The notes: generated from the letters alone by a model not told the origin. 64,000 bases of DNA from Candidatus Poriferihabitaceae bacterium (GCA_965209105.1 CBDBQB010000015.1:1448-65447); one strand, 5' to 3'. Shown: positions 9,392-19,195, counted from the stretch's first letter. Translations and numbers: made by a program.

Positions 9392-11089
9392 ATGCTTACA
9401 CACTCACACTCATATAGCCCGCGAACATTTTTGATCGCCATCGGCGTAACGCTGACTCTAGCCGTTGCTGGATACAGCGACCTCAAGGCTGACAGCCACA
9501 AACCAGCCGACTCGTCGACCATGGAAGCTCAGGATGCCCGTACTGACTCTCTGACGATTGCCATCACGGGGTATGAGAACAATTTGACACCGCTGACAAT
9601 TTCGTTCGGCTCGTTCCCGCTCACTCACGATTTGGTAAATATGGTTTACGACACACTCTTTTGGTCGACAGCACGCGACAATCCAGATCCTTGGCTAGCC
9701 GAAAGCGCCGAACCATCTGAAGACGGAATGGTTTGGACTGTGAATTTACGCGATGGTGTCGTTTGGCATGATGGTGAGGCATTTACCTCAGAAGATGTCG
9801 CCTTCACCTTCGATTACTACAAGAGTTTCAGCCGGGGTCGTTACGCCCACCACGTGAGCGAGGCACCTGTGTACGACCATGCTGAGATCGTTGACCCCCT
9901 AACCGTGAAGTTGTTCTTTAACAATCCTGTTTCGGTATTCCGGAGCATTCCTGGCGGTGACTTACCAATTTTGCCGGAACATATCTGGGCGTCGATAGAA
10001 AAACCAGGGTCCGCCAAAAAGATGCTTCCGATCGGCACTGGTCCTTACAAGATGAAGGAGATGGTGGCCGATCAGAGCTACGTGCTCGCGGCGAATGACG
10101 ACTATTTCCTCGGCCAGCCGCGCGTAGCGGAACTGGTGCTCAACGTGGTTCCAAACCCTGCGACCGCGTTCGCTGCTCTCCGGACTGGCCAGGTAGCACT
10201 AGCAGCCGGCCGCAACGTTCCTGGAGAATTGTTGTCTGAATTCGAGTCGCTTGACGACATCGAGGTGGTTCGCGGCTCCCGCTTTGAGTCTCTCCACCTC
10301 TACATCAACACACAGAAAGCGCCATTGTCTGATCCTGAGTTGCGACGGGCGATTGATATGGCAATCGATGATCAAGCAGTCGTCGACACGATTCTGCAGG
10401 GGCTCGGTTCAATCGGTCGACCGAGCTTCACACACCCTGATTCCCCATGGGCACTTCCCGACGGAGATCCTGCTGCGACAGCCCGATTCGACGTGGCTGG
10501 CGCCAATGCAATTCTTGATGCCGCCGGTTATGTCGATTCAGACGATGACGGTATACGCGAAACACCAGACGGAGAGCCGCTCAATTTCGCAATCATGGGT
10601 TCGGCGAACGAACCGCAAGATCTGCGCACAGCGCAGCTCGTTGCCCAACAGGTTAAAAAAGCCGGCATTAAAATGAGTGTGCTTGGCCTAGACCCAGCAA
10701 CGGTAAGACAGCGCCGCAAACCCGGTAAGGACGGAAGTCCAGCACCCTATGATCTCCGTATCGGCAGTCTCGATAGCCATGCGCACGCTGACCCCGACGG
10801 TTTGTTGTATTTCTTCCATTCACCCGGGAAGGGATTCGGTAAGGTCATCACTGGATACGCCAATGCGGAGTTCGACGCTATCATCGACAAAGCCTCAGCC
10901 ACTGGCGACAACGCCGTGCGTAAGGAGATCCTGGCTGATGCACAAACAAAATTAGCCGAAGACGCGCCTATTATCACGCTTGCTTACATTGAAGGCGTCT
11001 ATGCGTTCCGCCCGGATATGTATAAGCACTGGGTCTCCGACACAGGTCACGGACTCTTCAACAAACGATCCTTCCTTCCCGGCCAGTAG
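9392..11089 (+). CDS. ABC transporter substrate-binding protein, family 5 (peptide/nickel type)
   Basis: 565 aa with a signal peptide. The length and motifs (WHDGEAFTSEDVAFTF, TGPYK) are typical of DppA/OppA/NikA-like binding proteins. It is the first gene of the G+C-rich operon. Confidence 0.85.
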   Translation: MLTHSHSYSPRTFLIAIGVTLTLAVAGYSDLKADSHKPADSSTMEAQDARTDSLTIAITGYENNLTPLTISFGSFPLTHDLVNMVYDTLFWSTARDNPDPWLAESAEPSEDGMVWTVNLRDGVVWHDGEAFTSEDVAFTFDYYKSFSRGRYAHHVSEAPVYDHAEIVDPLTVKLFFNNPVSVFRSIPGGDLPILPEHIWASIEKPGSAKKMLPIGTGPYKMKEMVADQSYVLAANDDYFLGQPRVAELVLNVVPNPATAFAALRTGQVALAAGRNVPGELLSEFESLDDIEVVRGSRFESLHLYINTQKAPLSDPELRRAIDMAIDDQAVVDTILQGLGSIGRPSFTHPDSPWALPDGDPAATARFDVAGANAILDAAGYVDSDDDGIRETPDGEPLNFAIMGSANEPQDLRTAQLVAQQVKKAGIKMSVLGLDPATVRQRRKPGKDGSPAPYDLRIGSLDSHAHADPDGLLYFFHSPGKGFGKVITGYANAEFDAIIDKASATGDNAVRKEILADAQTKLAEDAPIITLAYIEGVYAFRPDMYKHWVSDTGHGLFNKRSFLPGQ

Positions 11090-11104
11090 CGGGGCCCATA
11101 GGGC

Positions 11105-12097
11105 GTGCGCAGTTTTATAGCACGCCGGGTATTGCAGTATGCCCTCGTCTTGTTGGGGGCGATCGTAATCAACTTTGCCTTGCCAAGGATGGCTCCAGGA
11201 AGCGTTATCGACTTTCTGGTGCCTCCCGCGGAAGTTGGCAGTCTCACAGCGGAACAACGACAAGAAATCCTTGACGAGTACGATCTGGGCGGGTCCATTC
11301 CTGAGCAGTTCGTGAGCTATATTTCGGGGCTTCCAAAAGGACGCTTAGGCGTCTCTGTAATATATGGTCGGCCAGTGGAGGACCTCCTCCTAGAGCGGTT
11401 GCCGTGGACCTTGCTACTGGTGGGTTCAGCACTGGTGTTGTCGGTGGTGATCGGAACGGCACTCGGTTTCATGTCGGGCTGGCGACGCGGAACGCGCGCT
11501 GATGCAGGGATACTCTCGGGGGTGATGTTTGTACAATCCATGCCCGCCTTCTTCGTCGCGATGCTACTGGTCTTGTTGTTTTCAGTGCAGTTGGGTTGGT
11601 TTCCGGTTTACGGAGCGGTGTCGGCGACGGTTGAGCCGGGATGGGATCAGATAGTGTCGATTGCGCAGCGATTGGTCATGCCGCTTATCACCTTGACGGC
11701 TGCCTCCATCGGCGGGATCTATCTGGTCGCGCGCCCGGCCATTGTGGCCGAGACGCGTGAGGATTACGTTGTCATGGCTGCCGCAAAAGGACTCAGTGCG
11801 CGCGCTGTGAGGCGCCATGCCCAACGCAACGCCTTTATCCCAATCTCCACGGTCGCGCTGATCGGCCTCGGCGACATCGTCGGCGGAGCGACCGTAGTCG
11901 AGACGGTTTTCGCCTATCCGGGTATCGGTCGATTGATATTTGATAGTGTTATACGCCGTGACTATCCAGTATTGCAAGGCGCATTCTTTGTGCTGGCCGT
12001 GACGGTAATTTTGGCAAACTTCATTGCCGACCTTCTCTATCCGCTGCTCGATCCGCGGGTAAGACGCGCGAAAGCAATCCTTGAGAATCCTGAGTGA
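11105..12097 (+). CDS. ABC transporter permease (DppB/OppB-like)
   Basis: The N-terminus MRSFIARRVLQYALVLLGAIVINFAL is the characteristic DppB-type start. An EAA-like loop (AAAKGLSARAVRRHAQRNA) is present. GTG start. Confidence 0.88.
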   Translation: MRSFIARRVLQYALVLLGAIVINFALPRMAPGSVIDFLVPPAEVGSLTAEQRQEILDEYDLGGSIPEQFVSYISGLPKGRLGVSVIYGRPVEDLLLERLPWTLLLVGSALVLSVVIGTALGFMSGWRRGTRADAGILSGVMFVQSMPAFFVAMLLVLLFSVQLGWFPVYGAVSATVEPGWDQIVSIAQRLVMPLITLTAASIGGIYLVARPAIVAETREDYVVMAAAKGLSARAVRRHAQRNAFIPISTVALIGLGDIVGGATVVETVFAYPGIGRLIFDSVIRRDYPVLQGAFFVLAVTVILANFIADLLYPLLDPRVRRAKAILENPE

Positions 12098-14010
12098 CCG
12101 AGGCGACAACGGTCAGCGATGTCGTTCGCGCCTCGCGGCCCCGTTCGCATAGGTCGGGAGGGCGTCGACAGGTGTTCTGGCTTGGCTGGCTGGGTGTGGC
12201 CCTGCTGCTGATCATGATTTTGGCCGCAGTATTCGCACCTCTTATTACATCGTCCGATCCGGATTTCATCGGCGACCTGCCACATCTGGGGCCGTCAGGA
12301 GATCATTGGCTCGGCACCAACGACCTCGGGCAGGATATTTTCACAAGGCTGATATACGGATCTCGGCTCTCGCTATCGATCGGGGTTCTTGCGGGGCTAC
12401 TGGCTAGTGGTGTGGGCATTGTTGCCGGGCTCGCCGCTGGTTACTATAAGGGTGTAACGGAAATGGTGATCATGCGAGCCGTCGATCTGACGCTCTCCTT
12501 ACCCTTCATTCCGCTTGTCATCGTTCTGGTGGCCTTCTTTGGCCGGGGCTTGTGGATTACTGTGGTGGCAATCGCAGTACTGCTTTGGGCGCGACCCGCT
12601 CGTATCGTACGGTCGCAAGTGCTCAAGGTGAGCGCATTTCAGCACGTTGATGCCTCACGCGCGATGGGCAGTACCTCACTGCGAACAATTTACCGGCATG
12701 TGCTACCCAGAACCTGGCCGTTAGCAGTTGCCCAATTCGTCTACGCGGCAAACATTGCAATATTGATCGAGGCATCTCTGGCGTTTCTGGGTCTGGGTGA
12801 TCCCGAGCGCGTGAGCTGGGGAACCATGTTGTTCTTTGCAAACTCCGCAAATGCTATGTTGACTCAGGCTTGGCAATGGTGGGTGCTCCCGCCAGGGTTG
12901 GCACTAACCGCATCGGTGGTTGGTTTCGCTTTTGTGGGTGTGGCGCTTGAGCAATGGGGCGATCGACGGCTATCGGAGTCGCCATCGGCCTCCGTTTCAA
13001 CCCGCCGGTCGAAGCGCCCAGTGGCTCGAGAGCTTAGCGCCGGCTCCTCAATCGACACAAAAGGATCGGCGCTATCGGTTCGCGATTTACGCGTAGTGTA
13101 CAATGCCCTCGAAGGCGACTTATATGCGGTTGATGGCGTTAACTTTGACATCGGCGAGCGAAAAATCGTCGGGCTAGTGGGTGAGTCTGGATGTGGTAAG
13201 ACGACCCTGGCAATGTCGTTGGTCGGCTTGATTCCAGCGCCGGGTGTTGTGGTCGGCGGTTCAATCCTCGTGGCTGGCCGTGATTTGGCTGCAGCGACTC
13301 CTCGGGAGCTGGAGACAATCCGAGGTCGTTCGATCAGCTTGATACCGCAAAGCTCGATGAACGCGCTGAATCCTGCCTATACCGTTCATCGCCAGTTGAC
13401 CGAGACGGCCGAATTGACCATGCCGAAGAAGCAGGCTTTGGATAGGGCCGACGAAATGTTTGACCTGGTGGGCCTCGCTGCCTCCCATCACCGTTCTTTT
13501 CCTCATCAACTAAGCGGGGGTATGCGCCAGCGGGTCGTGATCGCGATGGCCGTGATCAACAACCCCCAGCTCCTGATCGCTGACGAACCTCTCACCGGCC
13601 TTGATGTGCTTACCCAAGAGCGAATCGTGGACCTTTTCTTAAAGCTTCGGGAACATCTAGGCGTCGCCATCCTTCTCGTCTCGCACGATCTTCCGCTCGT
13701 GGGTCAGGTTTCGGACGAGCTGCTAGTGATGTATGCGGGACAGATCATCGAAAGCGGTGCTGCAAACGATGTTATATCAAACCCTGCTCACCCTTACACC
13801 CAGGAACTGTTGAAAGCATTTCCTACTCTGTATGGTCCCCGTGGTGATCTAACCACCTTGCCTGGGCAGCCCCCTGATCTTCGCATGCCCCCGTCTGGTT
13901 GCCGCTTCCATCCGCGCTGCCCCCAGACCATAGAGGTCTGCGCTACAAAAGTTCCCGAGCAAACAACAATGGCGGACAATCACAAGGCCCGCTGCTTGCT
14001 ACTGCAATGA
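12094..14010 (+). CDS. fused ABC permease (DppC-like) / ATP-binding protein (DppD-like)
   Basis: The N-terminal half is polytopic with GTNDLGQDIFTRLIYG and an EAA loop (ASRAMGSTSLRTIYRHVLP). The C-terminal half carries Walker A (GESGCGKT), LSGGMRQR, Walker B (LLIADEP) and the C-terminal oligopeptide-ATPase motif (HPYT...CRFHPRC). Confidence 0.85.
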   Translation: MTEATTVSDVVRASRPRSHRSGGRRQVFWLGWLGVALLLIMILAAVFAPLITSSDPDFIGDLPHLGPSGDHWLGTNDLGQDIFTRLIYGSRLSLSIGVLAGLLASGVGIVAGLAAGYYKGVTEMVIMRAVDLTLSLPFIPLVIVLVAFFGRGLWITVVAIAVLLWARPARIVRSQVLKVSAFQHVDASRAMGSTSLRTIYRHVLPRTWPLAVAQFVYAANIAILIEASLAFLGLGDPERVSWGTMLFFANSANAMLTQAWQWWVLPPGLALTASVVGFAFVGVALEQWGDRRLSESPSASVSTRRSKRPVARELSAGSSIDTKGSALSVRDLRVVYNALEGDLYAVDGVNFDIGERKIVGLVGESGCGKTTLAMSLVGLIPAPGVVVGGSILVAGRDLAAATPRELETIRGRSISLIPQSSMNALNPAYTVHRQLTETAELTMPKKQALDRADEMFDLVGLAASHHRSFPHQLSGGMRQRVVIAMAVINNPQLLIADEPLTGLDVLTQERIVDLFLKLREHLGVAILLVSHDLPLVGQVSDELLVMYAGQIIESGAANDVISNPAHPYTQELLKAFPTLYGPRGDLTTLPGQPPDLRMPPSGCRFHPRCPQTIEVCATKVPEQTTMADNHKARCLLLQ

Positions 14011-14813
14011 CGACTGGCGACGTTCGGATCGAATTCATCAATGTGACCAAGACGTTCCAGGTTAGTGCGCGCTCCCTGGTTTCGGCTCACGCCACTTTCG
14101 ACGCGGTAAAGGGTGTTTCAATCTCGGTGTCAGCAGGGGAAATACTGGGTCTGGTTGGCGAAAGTGGCGCGGGTAAAACCACGGTTGGCCGGCTCGCAAT
14201 GGGGCTTGAGAAGCCAAGCTCGGGGCTTGTTTCCTTTGAGGGGATCTCGTTACCGGATCGCTCCGCCTCTGAACTTCGACAACTGCGCCAACGGATGCAT
14301 TTGATCTTCCAGGATCCATATCAGTCGCTCCACCCTGGGATGAAGGTAGGCGACCTTGTCGCGGAACCACTCGAGATTGCCGGGGTGTTCAAGCGAGACC
14401 GACATTCGGTCACCATCGAGGCGCTGGAGAAGGTGAAGCTAAACCCAGCTGAAGAGTTCTTCCATCGATTCCCACACGAACTGTCAGGAGGCCAGCGCCA
14501 GCGCGTGGCTTTTGCGCGGGCCTTAGTTGCCAAGCCTCGGTGTGTGATCGCCGATGAGCCAACATCAATGCTCGATGTGTCGTTGCGTGCTGGAATCCTC
14601 GATCTCGTGAGGCTTATTCGCGATGAAGCACGGTGTGCTGTTCTCTATATAACGCATGATCTTGCCATGGCAAGGCACATATGCGATCGGATCGCAGTGA
14701 TGAAAAACGGCGCGATAGTCGAGATTGGCCCAACTGATAGCGTGATCGACAGCCCCCAGCATTCTTACACCAAGCAGTTACTGCAGGCTGCCCACCGCCT
14801 CCGACATGCCTGA
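14007..14813 (+). CDS. ABC transporter ATP-binding protein (DppF/OppF-like)
   Basis: Walker A (GESGAGKT), LSGGQRQR and Walker B (VIADEP). The ATG at 14007 overlaps the upstream TGA (ATGA). The track start at 13899 lies inside the previous gene. Confidence 0.88.
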   Translation: MTTGDVRIEFINVTKTFQVSARSLVSAHATFDAVKGVSISVSAGEILGLVGESGAGKTTVGRLAMGLEKPSSGLVSFEGISLPDRSASELRQLRQRMHLIFQDPYQSLHPGMKVGDLVAEPLEIAGVFKRDRHSVTIEALEKVKLNPAEEFFHRFPHELSGGQRQRVAFARALVAKPRCVIADEPTSMLDVSLRAGILDLVRLIRDEARCAVLYITHDLAMARHICDRIAVMKNGAIVEIGPTDSVIDSPQHSYTKQLLQAAHRLRHA

Positions 14814-15065
14814 CGCGGGCATCCGGCAAATAGTAAGACAGTTGTGCGCGGTATAACCATTGTCGATACTATTTTAAGTTCCGCTACAGTTATGGCCTAT
14901 TGGTCGGTAATTGAATCGACTTTAACCTGGGTTTAGTCTGGTACTCTTGAAGATGTTCGGAATCGAACTTTTATATTTGCCACTTTTATTAGTTTGTTTT
15001 TTTAGATACTGTCAATCAGGAGATTGCCTAGTAATTTTGTTGGACACGCATAGGTACCAATAATT

Positions 15066-15887
15066 ATGGTGAAACAATCAGAAAATTCACTTTCTCCCGT
15101 ACTCTATCTACCCCACGGCGGGGGACCTTTACCCATTTTGGGAGACAGAAAGCACGAGGGTTTAATTGCATTTCTGAAAGGCATCTCTCAGACAATTCAA
15201 GAACCTTCAGCGATTCTTGTCATCAGCGCCCATTGGGAAGAAAACGCGGCAACGATTACCAGCCAATATCAACCTAAAATGATTTACGATTATTCAGGAT
15301 TTCCTGCACAAGCTTATGAAATAAAATATCCAGCTTATGGAGATTCTGCATTAGCACAGGATATAGTTGAACTGTTGGAGAAAGACGGATTTACAGCAAA
15401 TCTTAACGCACAGCGTGGTATTGATCATGGAACCTATGTGCCGTTAAAACTGATGTATCCCGAAGCGCATATTCCTTGTCTACAGTTGTCGTTGCTTAAA
15501 AATCTTGATCCTTCAATGCATATAGAGATCGGCAGATCCATCGCCAGTTTGCGCAATAAAAACGTTCTTATCATCGGCTCAGGAATGTCTTTTCATAATC
15601 TTCGTTTATTTTTTCAGCCTGAAACAGACAGCCTCAACAAGAGTATTGCGTTCGATCGTTGGTTGGTCGACACATGTACCCGTAAATCACTATCCAATGT
15701 AGAGCGAGAGAAACGATTGATTGCTTGGGAAAGTGCGCCTCATGCGCGTTACTGCCATCCACGAGAAGAGCATTTGTTACCACTACACGTTTGTTTTGGA
15801 GCAGCAAGCATTGAGACATCCACCGCGAAATTGATTTACAACGAAGATTTACTGGGAGCGCGAGTTTCGGCGCTGCTGTGGAATTAA
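15066..15887 (+). CDS. class III extradiol ring-cleavage dioxygenase (LigB/YgiD, 4,5-DOPA-dioxygenase-like)
   Basis: LPHGGGP...ISAHW...DHGTYVPL...EEHLLPL is the typical YgiD/DODA motif series. Confidence 0.8.
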   Translation: MVKQSENSLSPVLYLPHGGGPLPILGDRKHEGLIAFLKGISQTIQEPSAILVISAHWEENAATITSQYQPKMIYDYSGFPAQAYEIKYPAYGDSALAQDIVELLEKDGFTANLNAQRGIDHGTYVPLKLMYPEAHIPCLQLSLLKNLDPSMHIEIGRSIASLRNKNVLIIGSGMSFHNLRLFFQPETDSLNKSIAFDRWLVDTCTRKSLSNVEREKRLIAWESAPHARYCHPREEHLLPLHVCFGAASIETSTAKLIYNEDLLGARVSALLWN

Positions 15888-15913
15888 CGCTAGATAGTGG
15901 CTAATAAAAATAA

Positions 15914-17156
15914 GAGAGACCTTTGCATAATTCCGAAAGGGTCGAGACATAAATGTTAAAATTCAAACAGAATTATATCGTTAGGAAATAGTCGCTATGT
16001 CTTGGAAAAACCTATCACAATATGGCCTTGCAGACGCCTTGTTATCGAAGCATGATAGTCTAAAAGAGCTTGATGATGTTCATCAAATTATCGATTGGCC
16101 TGAGATCGAAGGTCTTCTGAGTCCGTTATATTCCAGTAAACGAGGTAAGCCAGCCTTTCCGCCGCTGATGATGTTTAAAGTGATGCTGCTCCAAGCCTGG
16201 TATAACTTAAGCGACCCAGCGATGGAGAAACAACTGGCTCGGGATTTATTGTTTCGCCGCTTTGTTGGTCTGAATCTAAGCGATTCGATACCTGATCATT
16301 CAACTATCTGGCGATTCAGGAATCTTCTTCAGAAAGAAGGCTTATTGGATGCCATGTTAGCGCGTATCAATACGCAACTTGCCCGAGCCAGTTTGATCGT
16401 CACCCAAGGTTCGATCAGTATTGTGGATGCCACCGTGATTGAAGCCAAGCAATCTCGCCCGAGGAAGAATAAGAAAGGTAAAAATACGCAAGACCCTGAA
16501 GCGGCTTATACCTCAAAGATATCAGCCGATGGTAAACGTAAAACGACGTACGGATATAAGCTTCATGCAAATACAGATGAAGATGGCTTTATCAAGAAAT
16601 TGGCGTATAGCCCAGCGAACGACCATGACTCACAGCATTTTGATGAGGTATTGACGGGCAAGGAATCTGCTGTCTATGCTGACAGTGCCTATGCTAGCCA
16701 GAAGAATGAAGAGCGACTCGGCAAGAAAAGCAAGATATTGTATCGAGCTTATCGGAACGCACCATTGAGTGATGCGCAGAAAGCGGGCGAATAAAATACG
16801 TTCTGGTATCCGTTCGACAGTTGAGCGTGTCTTTGGCTTACTGAAACTTCACCACGGATTATCAAAAGCGCGTTATATGGGTTTGGAGCGAAACAAATGC
16901 CGAGCGCAGCTGATCGCGATGAGCCACAACATCAAGTGTGGCCTGTCGATATACCGGAAAATGCAGGTGAGTTGTGCCTAAAGGCCACGAAAGGCGATTA
17001 AACCAGCCTCTTTCCTTGGAAAAGGCGCCTCAAATGGTGTTAATTCCATCGAATCGGGTCGAAAAGCCCCTTTGCGAAGATAAATGCACATGTGTCGCTC
17101 AAAAAACGGAGTATTCATACGAAGCGGCGGAAAAGCTGTGATAATGCAAAGCTCTC
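15914..17156 (+). mobile_element. IS5-family insertion sequence (~1.24 kb) with imperfect terminal inverted repeats
   Basis: The left end at 15914 reads GAGAGACCTTTGCATAAT. The reverse complement of the right end at 17156 reads GAGAGCTTTGCATTAT. TAA directly flanks both ends (15911-15913 and 17157-17159). The element encloses the InsH-like transposase reading frames. Confidence 0.8.
15997..16981 (+). pseudogene. IS5-family (InsH-like, DDE) transposase split by a 1-nt frameshift near 16781-16792
   Basis: ORFs 15997..16794 and 16769..16981 together rebuild a ~326-aa InsH-like protein: ...PLSDAQKAG|NKIRSGIRSTVERVFGLLK... The DDE residues lie in IVDAT, YADSAY and VERVFG contexts. Confidence 0.8.
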
Positions 17157-17171
17157 TAAGAGGGAACAAAT

Positions 17172-17612
17172 ATGAATAATCGAGGAATATCACTTGCAGA
17201 TGCACAAAGAATTGTCTCGGAATCTTTGGCTATTGCTAAAAAAAATAATAGCCCTCCTTTGTCAATTGCCTTGTTAGATAGTGGAGGTCATTTGAAAACC
17301 TTTGCAGGCGAAGATGGTGTTGGGACACAACGGGCACAGATAGCTCAGGGAAAAGCCAGTGCGGCATTAGGGTTGGGATTTGGTACCGGTCAATTTCACA
17401 CCTTGGTAAAAAATAAAGTTTTACCAGAGATGTTTGCAGTTTGCATCAACGGTGCCACAAATGGCCAATTCATTCCATTGCCTGGCGGTGTACTGATACT
17501 TAAAGATGGAGAAATAGTCGGCGCTTTAGGAATTTCAGGCTCCTCATCTGAAATGGATGAAAATATCGCAGTATCGGCGATTCAATCTTGTCTTTTCACA
17601 GCGAAACCTTAG
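17172..17612 (+). CDS. GlcG/HbpS-like (DUF336) haem-binding family protein
   Basis: 146 aa. A...A.KASAA...GG(V)LI..DGEIVGALGISGSS..MDE is the typical GlcG-family signature. Confidence 0.8.
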   Translation: MNNRGISLADAQRIVSESLAIAKKNNSPPLSIALLDSGGHLKTFAGEDGVGTQRAQIAQGKASAALGLGFGTGQFHTLVKNKVLPEMFAVCINGATNGQFIPLPGGVLILKDGEIVGALGISGSSSEMDENIAVSAIQSCLFTAKP

Positions 17613-18076
17613 TTGAACCTAAATAGACAGATAACTCGGATGAAGCGAGAACAATCACAGGCGCTGTCAGGTTAACTGAATGAAACCGCCGCATCGACAC
17701 TAATTTACGCGCCCTTTTTACCATAATACGAGGCCTTAACTTAGTGCCATTCGGGGCACCTAGTGCTATTTAGGAAACGTAATTTAATTATTCTACATCG
17801 CTAGGATCAAAATGGATTGCAGAATAGAAAAAGTAATTTGAATGAAGATTTGATTTTGATGCCATCGAGCAGTGGTTGAAGGAATATCTAGACTTTGATA
17901 TAGTGCGGTTTGTACTGTGAGCGGTACGCATTATTCATCAATGTAATAGGTGGCTGAACCCTTAGCGAACTATTAACGCAAAGAGTTTTCCGATTTGATA
18001 GTTAACTCATCATAAAAAGACTATGAGCGCGGGGTTTGTTACTTGGCTTTTAGTCTCTGTTGTGGAGGATTGATAC

Positions 18077-19195
18077 GTGTCTAAATTACGCTTTACTCTG
18101 AAAAGGGTTTTCACTCTAACGCTGCTCAGTTTTATTTTTCTGCCAACCGCGTACGCGACCAACTTACTGAGCTTGGTCAAAATAGGCGATGTGATTGAAT
18201 GGCAGATTTCCAGTACCAGTTTCACGGTTGATAGGATCATATTAACCGTGACGGGCCCCGATCAGACAGGTGCCGTACCAGCTGGGTGTCTTTCAATGCC
18301 GTTGAGTTGCTCGAATGAATTTCCCACAAGTTATCCAACATTTGATACGGCTGGTTTAAGTGTGGGTGCATACAGCTGGCAAGCTCAAATCGTGCCGCTC
18401 GTAGCGGATCCTGCGGTTTTTGGCTGTCAGGCCGCAATCGATGTTCGTGAGGCACAAGGGGGAGCGCAAGGCCTAACAGGAGACATAGCACCTACACCAG
18501 AGGACGACTATATTGAATGTATAAAGAACGCGGGGTTGTTGCCGCCAGATAGTGTTGAGTTAACTGAATCTGGGGCGTTTAGTGTTGGAGACACTGCCGG
18601 CTTGGTTGTGCCAACAGCCACTACAGGCACCACTGATAATATAGCGCCTGTCGCTGTTTGTGCGGATATCGTCCTAGAAGGCAGCGATAACAGTTGTATA
18701 GTGAATGCTGACATTAACGATGGCTCGAGCGATCCGGATGGTACCTTGTCGCTGATTGTCCAAGATCCTGCTGGCCCCTACAGTTTAGGTACCACGGATG
18801 TAACTTTAACGGTGACGGATAATACAGGTGAAAGTTCCAGTTGCAGTGCCACGGTTACGGTCACTGACAATGGGGCGCCCATGCTTATCTGCCCGTCGTC
18901 GAATACAATGACCCCGCCGCTGGCACCGATGACGTTTACTGTCACATCGAGTGATACCTGTAGCGTACCGACGACGGAAATATTATCTTACGATTGTTAT
19001 CGTTTTAATAAAAAAGGAAAGCGCATAGATACAATTGACTCATGTATTGTTGCGTTATCTAACTCAGCGATTACTGTTGTTCAAACTAGTGGTGTTGACA
19101 GCTTTATTGATTGGGTCGTTAAAGCAACAGACAGTAGTGGAAACGAAACTGTCCAATCTTGCACAATCGAAGTGCTCCACCCAAATCAGCCATAA
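18077..19195 (+). CDS. secreted Cys-rich protein with two HYR-like (hyalin-repeat/Ig-like) modules
   Basis: It has a signal peptide (MSKLRFTLKRVFTLTLLSFIFLPTAYA). The pattern ...TDVTLTVTDNTGESSSCSATVTVTDNGAP..ICP... recurs as ...VVKATDSSGNETVQSCTIEVLHP. GTG start. Confidence 0.55.
   Translation: MSKLRFTLKRVFTLTLLSFIFLPTAYATNLLSLVKIGDVIEWQISSTSFTVDRIILTVTGPDQTGAVPAGCLSMPLSCSNEFPTSYPTFDTAGLSVGAYSWQAQIVPLVADPAVFGCQAAIDVREAQGGAQGLTGDIAPTPEDDYIECIKNAGLLPPDSVELTESGAFSVGDTAGLVVPTATTGTTDNIAPVAVCADIVLEGSDNSCIVNADINDGSSDPDGTLSLIVQDPAGPYSLGTTDVTLTVTDNTGESSSCSATVTVTDNGAPMLICPSSNTMTPPLAPMTFTVTSSDTCSVPTTEILSYDCYRFNKKGKRIDTIDSCIVALSNSAITVVQTSGVDSFIDWVVKATDSSGNETVQSCTIEVLHPNQP

Noticed and set aside
9841-14829. 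The track lists many long antisense or out-of-frame ORFs inside the ABC operon (e.g. 10251..10676+, 10952..11263-, 11582..12109-, 12864..13151-, 14062..14370-).
   Set aside because: They are shadow ORFs expected in G+C-rich coding DNA. They overlap genes with clear ABC motifs, their products are Arg/Pro/Ser-rich low-complexity sequence, and they have no ribosome-binding sites.
17613-18076. The 460-bp leader upstream of the HYR-like gene contains AACGCAAAGAG, so I checked it for a c-di-GMP (GEMM-type) or other riboswitch.
   Set aside because: Only a short fragment resembles the GEMM core. The paired-element and tetraloop/receptor features could not be assembled by eye, so a covariance-model scan would be needed before any claim.
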